A stretch of 64,000 nt of DNA from Bacteroidaceae bacterium. Its GTDB lineage: Bacteria; Bacteroidota; Bacteroidia; Bacteroidales; Bacteroidaceae. The notes under the pieces were generated by a model. It was not told the DNA's origin. It did no database searches and saw only the letters and a list, made by a program, of their open reading frames with translations. Position 1 is the first letter of the stretch, and each line of letters starts with the position of its first letter. The stretch is from positions 1,174 to 65,173 of the forward strand of contig JAFTEX010000104.1 of the NCBI GenBank assembly GCA_017453445.1. Direction: 5' to 3'. This document shows, piece by piece, positions 15,318-22,634 of the stretch. Both the position numbers and the translations under genes were made by a program.

Positions 15318-17417
15318 ATGCTCGACAAAGACACCTTCCGGCAACTGGCAGACTCCGTTGAGTCGGAACTCATCGGAGGCCATCTGCATGGAGCATTGAC
15401 ACTGCTCGTCAACCTGCTCACGACCTACCCCGTGCCCGGACTCAAGAGAGAGGTCAACACCATACAGACCGACTACGAACAGTTGCTCCACTACATGACC
15501 CAGGGCTTCGACGACCCTTCCCGGGAGTCGCAGCACACGAGGTTCATCCAAAAAGCATACCGCGCACTTCAGAACTTACGCCACACCTATCTGACGGACA
15601 ACGAGCACGATGTCTACTCCACCACTGCCCGCCTGCTGAAGAATATCTGGAAGGAACAGTTCGACACTTCCATGACTTTGCCCAACGGTGCTCCCACGTT
15701 CGACGAGCAAGACCAGCTCTTCGACCTGATATGGGTCTCCGCACAGCTCAACAGCAACGAGGAGCGCCAACTCAGGCTCTACCTCGTCGGTGTGGACGCA
15801 AACGTGCGTTGCTACATGCTGAGCGCCCTTTCCCTCTCTCTGCTCCACTACTTCGATGCGGCAAAGATGCGTCTGCTGATGGAATATGCCACCGCCGAGG
15901 AGGAAAGGGAATGCGCCCGAGCTGTCGTAGGCATCTGCATCGCCTCGCAGTTTCACAGTGCCGCGCTCACGCTCTATCCCAAGATACATGAGACACTGCA
16001 ACAGATGGCCCAGTCAAAGGACTTCATCGGCCAACTGACTCACATACAGCACCACTTCTGCCTCTATCGGGAGTCGGAACGCCTCCAGAAGAAGATGGAA
16101 CACGAAATCCTGCCCGCACTCATCAAGGCTTCGCAGGAGAGGGCCAAGCTGGGCTTCGAGGAGGAAACCGAAGTGAACCTCTCCGACCCCGAATCGGGAC
16201 TCAACCTGAGCAAAGACACACGGGAGAAAATCAACGAGAGCGCAAAGGAGATGTTCCAGATGTTTCAGGAGGGCGTGGACCTGAACCTGCCCACCTTCAC
16301 GGCCCTGAAGATGTTCCCCTTCTTCCGCCGGGTGTGTCACTGGCTGGCTCCCTTCGACGGCAGTCGTCCCGAAGCGGCTACCACCCCCATGCTGAGGAAG
16401 ATTCAGCCCAACCTATGCGACAGCGACCGCTACTCGCTCAGCCTGCTCACGACCAAGATGCCACAGGCCCAACGCTCGGCCATGGACAACATGCTGAAGG
16501 AGCACACCGAGGACATTGAGGAAAACACGAAGGAAACGCAGCCCATGAACGCCTGTCAGAACGTCTTGCAATGTCTCTACCGCCTGCTCCGACGCTCTCC
16601 CTGGCAGACGCTCTGGCCCGATGTGTTTGCACAGGGGATGCTGTTCGTCAACCACCCCGTGTTCGGAGCCACCCTGCGCAAGTCTCCCGAATTTCTCCAC
16701 ACGACCGGCATCACCCTGCTCCGCCACGACCGCTATGAAGAGGCCGAGCTCCACCTGAAGTTGTTCTCCGAGGCAGCGGGTGCCAACAGCGAACTGCTGG
16801 GGCAGATAGCCTACTGCCAAGGACGGCAAGGACAGTTCAGCAAAGCCATTAACACACTGCGCCAGGCACTCATCCTGGACAGCGACAATCCCCAGCTGCT
16901 TTTTCAGCTCCAGTTCTGCTACGCACGGACGGGACGCTACGAACAGCAGCTTGAATGCCTGCTCCAACTGGAGAAGTCCCATCCCGACGAACCCAAGGTG
17001 CTCACCGAGACAGGCCTCTGCCTGATGCAACTCCAGCGCTGGGAGGAGGCCCAGAAACGCTTCTACAAGATGGAGTTTAAGGGGCAGCGCGTCATTCCCT
17101 CGGTGCGCGCCATCGCCTGGTGCGCCCTGCGCATGGGCGAATACGATGTGGCCGAGCGCAACTACGACCGCCTGCTTGTCGACCCGGCGGTCAAGTGGGA
17201 GGACTTCCTCAATGCGGCTCACATCAAATGGTTGCAGGGCCAAGTCAAGCTCGCCCTGCCGCTCTATCACGAATACGCCCGTCGCTACGCCACGGCCAAC
17301 CCCGATGCCAAGGACATCCTGACTCCCTTCCTTTCCGACGTCCCCGTCCTGCGCGAACAGGGGAAGTCGACCAGCGACATCCAAATCATGTACGACCTCA
17401 TCGCACGGGAACTCTAA
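15318..17417 (+). CDS. Tetratricopeptide-repeat protein
   Basis: 699-aa ORF that starts immediately after the upstream stop. The C-terminal half has TPR-like repeats (YEEAELHLKLF, FSKAINTLRQALILDSDN, WEEAQKRFYKMEF, YDVAERNYDRLL). Confidence 0.6.
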   Translation: MLDKDTFRQLADSVESELIGGHLHGALTLLVNLLTTYPVPGLKREVNTIQTDYEQLLHYMTQGFDDPSRESQHTRFIQKAYRALQNLRHTYLTDNEHDVYSTTARLLKNIWKEQFDTSMTLPNGAPTFDEQDQLFDLIWVSAQLNSNEERQLRLYLVGVDANVRCYMLSALSLSLLHYFDAAKMRLLMEYATAEEERECARAVVGICIASQFHSAALTLYPKIHETLQQMAQSKDFIGQLTHIQHHFCLYRESERLQKKMEHEILPALIKASQERAKLGFEEETEVNLSDPESGLNLSKDTREKINESAKEMFQMFQEGVDLNLPTFTALKMFPFFRRVCHWLAPFDGSRPEAATTPMLRKIQPNLCDSDRYSLSLLTTKMPQAQRSAMDNMLKEHTEDIEENTKETQPMNACQNVLQCLYRLLRRSPWQTLWPDVFAQGMLFVNHPVFGATLRKSPEFLHTTGITLLRHDRYEEAELHLKLFSEAAGANSELLGQIAYCQGRQGQFSKAINTLRQALILDSDNPQLLFQLQFCYARTGRYEQQLECLLQLEKSHPDEPKVLTETGLCLMQLQRWEEAQKRFYKMEFKGQRVIPSVRAIAWCALRMGEYDVAERNYDRLLVDPAVKWEDFLNAAHIKWLQGQVKLALPLYHEYARRYATANPDAKDILTPFLSDVPVLREQGKSTSDIQIMYDLIAREL

Positions 17418-17465
17418 ACCCGAGAGCCGGGACTGTCGTTCTTTCGTCGATAAGCGTGAAGACAC

Positions 17466-17508
17466 AAAAACGGCCTGCATCGCAATGAGTGATGCAGGCC
17501 GTTTTTTT
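17466..17508. terminator. Bidirectional rho-independent terminator
   Basis: Stem cggcctgcatc / gatgcaggccg (11 bp, 9-nt loop), flanked by aaaaa on the left and ttttttt on the right. It sits between convergent genes. Confidence 0.8.
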
Positions 17509-17520
17509 CATACCTGAAAA

Positions 17521-17709
17521 TTAGTCTTCAGGGGAGTTGTCGTATCCCCAGATGTCCCAATCTACCTGATTGTCATTTTCCTGCTTCACGTCGAAGTCGC
17601 CCGTGCCTACGAAACTGATATAGTCCATAAGATGACGACGTAACTGTGTATGGAATATTTCAACTAAAGGTCGCATGTAAGGTCGTCTTACCTCCATTTT
17701 CGTACTCAT
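17521..17709 (-). CDS. Small hypothetical protein with acidic C-terminus (62 aa)
   Basis: The ORF starts 12 nt after the stop of the 1187-aa gene on the same strand and lies before the terminator. I recognise no family. Confidence 0.35.
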   Translation of the reverse strand: MSTKMEVRRPYMRPLVEIFHTQLRRHLMDYISFVGTGDFDVKQENDNQVDWDIWGYDNSPED

Positions 17710-17721
17710 GGTCGTGCGCGT

Positions 17722-20700
17722 TTACTTGATGAGAAACTTCTTTCCGTTCCGAATGTACAATCCTCTCACAGGCTTTACAATACGACGACCGCTAAGGTCA
17801 AACACATCTTCTCGTTGAGAGGTCGAAGCGACATCATAACTTACAGAGTCGAGTCCATCCACATCCTCACCAAACACCATCACCTTCACCTCTCCCAAAG
17901 ACTTTGGATTACCATTACGGTCTGTTACATTCACATACCACCGCATGGGATTAAGGGCACTCGATGCACTTGCAGCCTGACGTAAAGCACCGCCACCCAT
18001 CGCATAATAGCCATTGTTCAGCATGTCTGTACCAGATATGCCAGAATAGGATCCTGTGACAGTGAACAGAGTGTTCCATGATGATACATCATGACTTTGT
18101 TCCTCAGCTGCATACAACGTTGCATTGGCAGGAATCAAAGTTTTCTCTCCTGCCGACTTGGCACGGATGAGATACGGGGTGTTTGGCTCTGTCGTACCAC
18201 TCGTTAACTTGATAACCTCCAATGCTGTGCGGTCTATCTCACCGTCATTGTCGTCATCCCACTGATGTACGTCATTCAGACGACAAATTTCGAAATCAGA
18301 AGCCCAATTTTCATAAGAGAGTTTCAAGGGAACATATAGAGCCTGCCATGACGTATTGGAGAAGGTGCGCACGTAACGGAGATGAGCGAAGTCTGTATCT
18401 TTGTCATTACTATAGAGTTCCCCGTCGGTCAGAGTTTCGGTATTAGTCAATACATCCGTCAGATAACCCGGATTACCAGCTGCATCTATATGGGCGTATA
18501 AATGGTCGATGTGTGCCGCATCATACGTTGTTCCATTTCCACCTACAACGCTCATACAATTCTGGAACATATTCGTACTATTGGTCACGCCGGATGTAGT
18601 CCATAGGTCGCTGACGTAAATGGTCTTCAACATAGAGCACCCCATGAACATACCAGACATATCCGTTGCAAGGCTGGTGTCAAGGTAGCCCAAATCAAGG
18701 GTTGTCAGCCCTGAGCAGAAGAAGAACCAATAAGCGGTACTGGTAGGTCGCACATCGGCGAAGCTGGACTCTACAACTACATTCTTCAAGGTTGTATATA
18801 TCGTAGTCCACCATGCAGGCATATTGTTGCCCGACTGGGTCACGTCTGTGCCACTCCATACTGCCGAGATGACCTGAGCAGATGAATCATTTTCTGGTGT
18901 GAAAGTGTCACCTGCCGACAGAGCCTCGTCCCGCTTTGTGAAATAGAGAGTCTGATTGGCAGCACACCAGATGGCATAAATGGCTCCCTTCGTGGGTACA
19001 ACAGCATTGGGAGAACGAACCGGGCGCACGGTCAGACCTGTATAACGCGGATTGCGGATGACATCTACGACGTTTGACCGAAAGCGCATAAAGTAAGCAT
19101 TATAGGGCGTATCTTCAACGTTGTTACGCGTCCAATAATAACATTGTATATCAGTTTGGACGAGCGACGTTCCAGTAATACATCCGGCAGCGGGCAGGAA
19201 GATGCTGTTACCGTTCGAGTTGCTGGTAATGAGCCTACCTGCAACCCCGTTCAACGTAGTCCACTCTGTGGAGGTGTACTCGCTGTTTAGCAGTTCCTCC
19301 ACCTGCTCTTCACTGGGGGTAAGCCAGTTGCGTCCCCAATTGGCCGTTGCAGCATCATCTTCTACTTCCAATTCCGTCAGGTTGTCCACAGTTCCGTTTT
19401 TGCTGACGGTACAGTACTTTGTCAGCGTTGTAGCCGAACCATTGCACCATTTATAACTGCCCCAGTTGTTGTAACTTTCCTTGGTCGAGGTCTCTCCCCA
19501 TGCAAAATAGTTGCCGAATTGTTCTGGCGAAGTTGCTCCGACATTGCAGGTTGCCCACAACGTCCCCGAAGGCAATCCGAGGTCAACGAAGTCATAATCT
19601 GCAGAAGGATCAGAGAGTTTATTGGAAGTGACGGTTATTGCACACGTGGCCGTTACGCCGCCACCATCTGCTGCCGCACAAGTGATGGTACACGTACCAA
19701 CTCCCACGCCTACGACCTTCCCCGTCGTGCTCACGATGGCGACCTTCCCGTTACTGCTACTCCACGTAACGCCCGTATTCTGCGCCGTAGTGGGAGTCAC
19801 AGTAGCCGTGAGCCCTGCACTTGTGCCAGCCTTCAAGGAAAGACTCGTCTTGTCCAGCACAATCTTCTTCACCATGACGGCAGATGTCTGGAATACGGTT
19901 GGAGACGGCATTAAACTACCTGTCTGAACCGACACGCCCACTTTCGTTTTCTCTTTGATGCCCGGAAGGTTTACGCTCCACGTCCCGTTTGTTACGGTTC
20001 CTTCATACATTTTCTCGCCTACAAACACGTAAACTTTTCCATTGCCGCTTGCCGTACCCGACACCACGCCTTTACTACCACTGGTCAGCTTCGTTATCGT
20101 CGGAGGGGCCGTCTGATTGATGTTGTAGGGATATGACGCCCCTTCGGTGATGTTCCATTGAGAAGTGAAATCAAAGCCGAAACCTTGATAAGTAGTTTTG
20201 CGCATCAATGTATTTAATCCCAAGCTACTGCCATTACATTCATCATCCTCCACAGTAGTTTGCAAATTATTATATAATAAAGTTGTTGTTGATAGTGCAT
20301 AATTATTAGCGTGGGCTTCTGAAAATATTCTATATGGATGTGTTGCAGAAATCGTATCAGCAAGACATACATTATTCATTATTGTGAACCAATCATATTT
20401 AGAATTTAAAGATCCTTCTCTGGCTCCTATTATGCCGCATATATTACTTGTACCCTTAATTGTCCCTCCTGCTATATTTCTTTTAATATTCATATAAATA
20501 TAACAACTATAATAATTATTTGTAATTCCGATAAAACATTTACCAATGACCCCGCCACCATTAGATTTCGCACTTAGTACACCTGCAAAGCAGTTGTCGT
20601 ATATGTTGGGATAATTATACGTTTGAATGTTTGTGTATGCATCAGAATAGGAATAATGATATCCCGCAACTTCGCCCATGATTCCACCTACAAAACTATT

Positions 20701-21285
20701 TCCTTCGATAGATAATGATGAGTAATTTCCTATTACGTTAACGCCATTGACATTACTACCGGAACCATAAAGTAATCTTCCAATCACCCCACCAACATAT
20801 GATTGTCCTTTTACTTTACCTCCAACACAAACATTATTAGATACATTGCTTTTAGCTGGCTTAATACCACCTAATACAGTTCCTACATAGTTATTACCTA
20901 TGACAATGGGATTAACCAAACATATATTGCTAATCGTACAGGCTGTAGCATATCCAATAAGTCCGACATAATCAACACTGGGCTTATTTATGTATAATCC
21001 TTTTATAGATTTATTATTCCCATCAAAAATTCCCGAAAATGGTGTAGTAGTAGTACCTATGGGGGTCCATCCCTGACTCGGACTTTCAGCTGCAATCCAT
21101 TCCGTCAGGTCAATGTCGTTCATCAGTTTGTAATACGCAGAAAGGCTATTGCGTACCTCGAATAGCTGTTCGGCGTTTGTAATTTGGTACGGGTCGGACG
21201 ACGTTCCAGAACCTGCACCACTGAACTGTGCTGAGACTCCAAGGGAGCACAGCATACACACTGCAAGTAAAAGATACTTTTTCAT
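17722..21285 (-). CDS. Mosaic T9SS-secreted surface protein (GLUG-type repeats, Big_2, Fibrobacter-paralogous/DUF1566-like lectin domain, BspA/DUF285-type LRR, T9SS C-terminal sorting domain)
   Basis: Signal peptide MKKYLLLAVCMLCSLGVSAQ. GLUG-like repeats are present (YVGLIGYA, SYVGGVIGRL, SFVGGIMGEV, NGGGVIGKC). The Big_2 segment is LSLKAGTSAGLTATVTPTTAQNTGVTWSSSNGKVAIVSTTGKVVGVGVGTCTITC. The lectin-like block is FVDLGLPSGTLWATCNVGA...YFAWGET...FLPAAG. The DUF285-type LRR is LDTSLATDMSGMFMGCSMLKTIYVSDLWTTSGVTNSTNMFQNC. The C-terminal end VFDLSGRRIVKPVRGLYIRNGKKFLIK is typical of T9SS type A sorting domains. Confidence 0.85.
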   Translation of the reverse strand: MKKYLLLAVCMLCSLGVSAQFSGAGSGTSSDPYQITNAEQLFEVRNSLSAYYKLMNDIDLTEWIAAESPSQGWTPIGTTTTPFSGIFDGNNKSIKGLYINKPSVDYVGLIGYATACTISNICLVNPIVIGNNYVGTVLGGIKPAKSNVSNNVCVGGKVKGQSYVGGVIGRLLYGSGSNVNGVNVIGNYSSLSIEGNSFVGGIMGEVAGYHYSYSDAYTNIQTYNYPNIYDNCFAGVLSAKSNGGGVIGKCFIGITNNYYSCYIYMNIKRNIAGGTIKGTSNICGIIGAREGSLNSKYDWFTIMNNVCLADTISATHPYRIFSEAHANNYALSTTTLLYNNLQTTVEDDECNGSSLGLNTLMRKTTYQGFGFDFTSQWNITEGASYPYNINQTAPPTITKLTSGSKGVVSGTASGNGKVYVFVGEKMYEGTVTNGTWSVNLPGIKEKTKVGVSVQTGSLMPSPTVFQTSAVMVKKIVLDKTSLSLKAGTSAGLTATVTPTTAQNTGVTWSSSNGKVAIVSTTGKVVGVGVGTCTITCAAADGGGVTATCAITVTSNKLSDPSADYDFVDLGLPSGTLWATCNVGATSPEQFGNYFAWGETSTKESYNNWGSYKWCNGSATTLTKYCTVSKNGTVDNLTELEVEDDAATANWGRNWLTPSEEQVEELLNSEYTSTEWTTLNGVAGRLITSNSNGNSIFLPAAGCITGTSLVQTDIQCYYWTRNNVEDTPYNAYFMRFRSNVVDVIRNPRYTGLTVRPVRSPNAVVPTKGAIYAIWCAANQTLYFTKRDEALSAGDTFTPENDSSAQVISAVWSGTDVTQSGNNMPAWWTTIYTTLKNVVVESSFADVRPTSTAYWFFFCSGLTTLDLGYLDTSLATDMSGMFMGCSMLKTIYVSDLWTTSGVTNSTNMFQNCMSVVGGNGTTYDAAHIDHLYAHIDAAGNPGYLTDVLTNTETLTDGELYSNDKDTDFAHLRYVRTFSNTSWQALYVPLKLSYENWASDFEICRLNDVHQWDDDNDGEIDRTALEVIKLTSGTTEPNTPYLIRAKSAGEKTLIPANATLYAAEEQSHDVSSWNTLFTVTGSYSGISGTDMLNNGYYAMGGGALRQAASASSALNPMRWYVNVTDRNGNPKSLGEVKVMVFGEDVDGLDSVSYDVASTSQREDVFDLSGRRIVKPVRGLYIRNGKKFLIK

Positions 21286-21350
21286 AGTTGTATGATTTTT
21301 AAGTTGAACAATAAATGTCTATGCATACAGAAAAAGCGTGTAATTAGTCT

Positions 21351-21523
21351 TATTACTATCTGTGAGGCCTTAGGAAACCCTGAATTTGATAATAAGCACA
21401 AACCCACGCTTTTAAGATTATATAGACTATCTGGTTAAGATAGGTATACAACCATCAGCATGAGCGTCTTAACTGCTTATATCCCAAATTCATGAAAGTT
21501 CCTAAGTTTCACAGATAGGATAA
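21351..21523. repeat. Imperfect 38/39-nt inverted repeat enclosing 96 nt, in the leader of the adhesin gene
   Basis: There are three exactly complementary blocks: 21356-21365/21509-21518 (10 bp), 21369-21376/21499-21506 (8 bp) and 21381-21388/21485-21492 (8 bp). Unequal internal loops separate them. Confidence 0.8.
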
Positions 21524-21593
21524 TTCGCGTATAACGCTCTCCCATTATGTCATCTGGTGTTTTGCCACGACGCTCCGTGCACCAGAATTGTTG

Positions 21594-21601
21594 CAAAGTT
21601 A
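21594..21601 (-). promoter_or_regulatory. Candidate -7 box (taactttg) for the 1187-aa surface protein gene
   Basis: TAnnTTTG on the minus strand, about 310 nt upstream of the ATG at 21285. This implies a long leader. Confidence 0.4.
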
Positions 21602-21799
21602 CAAAAATTTTCTGAAATACAAGCATCCGAGGTGCTTTTTCTTCGACAGGCGAAGCGGCAAGGCCGATTAAGTCGGGAGGCGTGAAGATAAGTTCCTAAA
21701 AGACCGTTGCTATCTCCTGCGCCCTCTCATGGAATGATGCAACAAACAAGTTTTTCACAAAATTTTCTTGAATTGCCGCAATAATTCGGGTATTATTTG

Positions 21800-21807
21800 T
21801 AAATTTG
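21800..21807 (+). promoter_or_regulatory. Candidate -7 box (taaatttg) for the DUF4160/DUF2442 pair
   Basis: TAnnTTTG 24 nt upstream of the ATG at 21831. Confidence 0.5.
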
Positions 21808-21830
21808 TGACGTAAATAAATAGTTATATT

Positions 21831-22088
21831 ATGCCAGAGATTAGTAAATTCTACGGAATCATCATCTACATGTACATAGATGACCACAATCCGCCACACT
21901 TCCACGTGTGGTATGATGAGTATGAGGCAGAAATCACGATTAAGGACGGCATAGTCACTGGTTCTCTGCCTCGTCGTGCCCTGCGCCTTGTTTATGAATG
22001 GCTCGACCTACACCGCGATGAACTAATGGAGAACTGGGAGCGACTGACGAACAGCGAAGCCGCAAAGAAAATAGAACCGTTAAGGTAA
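21831..22088 (+). CDS. DUF4160 domain protein
   Basis: MPEISKFYGIIIYMYIDDHNPPHFHVWYDEYEAEITI is the characteristic DUF4160 N-terminus. Confidence 0.8.
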   Translation: MPEISKFYGIIIYMYIDDHNPPHFHVWYDEYEAEITIKDGIVTGSLPRRALRLVYEWLDLHRDELMENWERLTNSEAAKKIEPLR

Positions 22089-22103
22089 TAGGAGGACAAG
22101 AAT

Positions 22104-22355
22104 ATGATGACAAAAAATCCATTGCTCAAAGTTATTGCAGCCGAGTATGTGAGCAACTATACCCTGCGCCTTACGTTCAGTACAGGCGAAGTACGGTTGG
22201 TGGACTTTACCCCACTGATGCAGAAGGGCATCTGCCGTAAGTTACAAGACCTTGAATACTTCAAATCGTTCCGCCTCGACCCCTTCACGGTAGACTGGAA
22301 TAATGAAATCGGGTTCGCTCCGAGATATTTGTATGAAAGAGGAACCGCTGCGTAA
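22104..22355 (+). CDS. DUF2442 domain protein
   Basis: 83-aa ORF 15 nt after the DUF4160 gene. VIAAEYVSNYTLRLTFSTGEVRLVDFTPL...FTVDWNNEIGFAPRYLYE fits DUF2442. Confidence 0.8.
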   Translation: MMTKNPLLKVIAAEYVSNYTLRLTFSTGEVRLVDFTPLMQKGICRKLQDLEYFKSFRLDPFTVDWNNEIGFAPRYLYERGTAA

Positions 22356-22448
22356 GAGGCATTAAGCCCACCAGTATCGCCGCATCAGGTTGCGAAAAAT
22401 CATGACACCTGTAAAATGCGGTTTGAAAGGTTACTATGGTTAGGGGCC

Positions 22449-22511
22449 TAAGATTAGTATGCTTATGGGGATAACCTTAGTAATCTTATCCGCCTAAGCA
22501 TACTAATCTTA
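22449..22511. repeat. Perfect 17-bp inverted repeat with 29-nt loop carrying a partial third arm copy
   Basis: taagattagtatgctta (22449-22465) and taagcatactaatctta (22495-22511) are exact reverse complements. The loop contains agtaatcttat, which resembles the right arm (actaatcttat). Confidence 0.85.
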
Positions 22512-22575
22512 TGCAGGAGGGGACTGTAGGCGAGAAATCGGGAAAATAAGAAATGTTTACAAAGAAGGATATGAC

Positions 22576-22612
22576 ACAGGGGCAGGCTACCCGTGCGGTG
22601 GCCTGCCCCTGT
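22576..22612. terminator. GC-rich hairpin terminator between convergent genes
   Basis: acaggggcaggc (22576-22587) pairs with gcctgcccctgt (22601-22612), a 12-bp stem with a 13-nt loop. It lies 23 nt downstream of the stop of the 1369-aa gene. Confidence 0.7.
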
Positions 22613-22634
22613 CAGTTTGTACCCGTCTATGGGG

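Noticed and set aside
21292-21441. 49-aa plus-strand ORF (MIFKLNNKCLCIQKK...) in the adhesin upstream region
   Set aside because: It starts back-to-back with the adhesin start codon and runs through the inverted-repeat arm. It has no promoter-like box and an implausible composition.
21351-21523. Inverted repeat considered as a classical Bacteroidales promoter inverton (phase-variable switch)
   Set aside because: The arms are imperfect (exact blocks of only 10, 8 and 8 bp). The enclosed 96 nt contain no exact TAnnTTTG box on either strand, and the only promoter-like box lies outside the repeat. No recombinase gene is nearby. I kept it as a structured-leader or MITE candidate instead.
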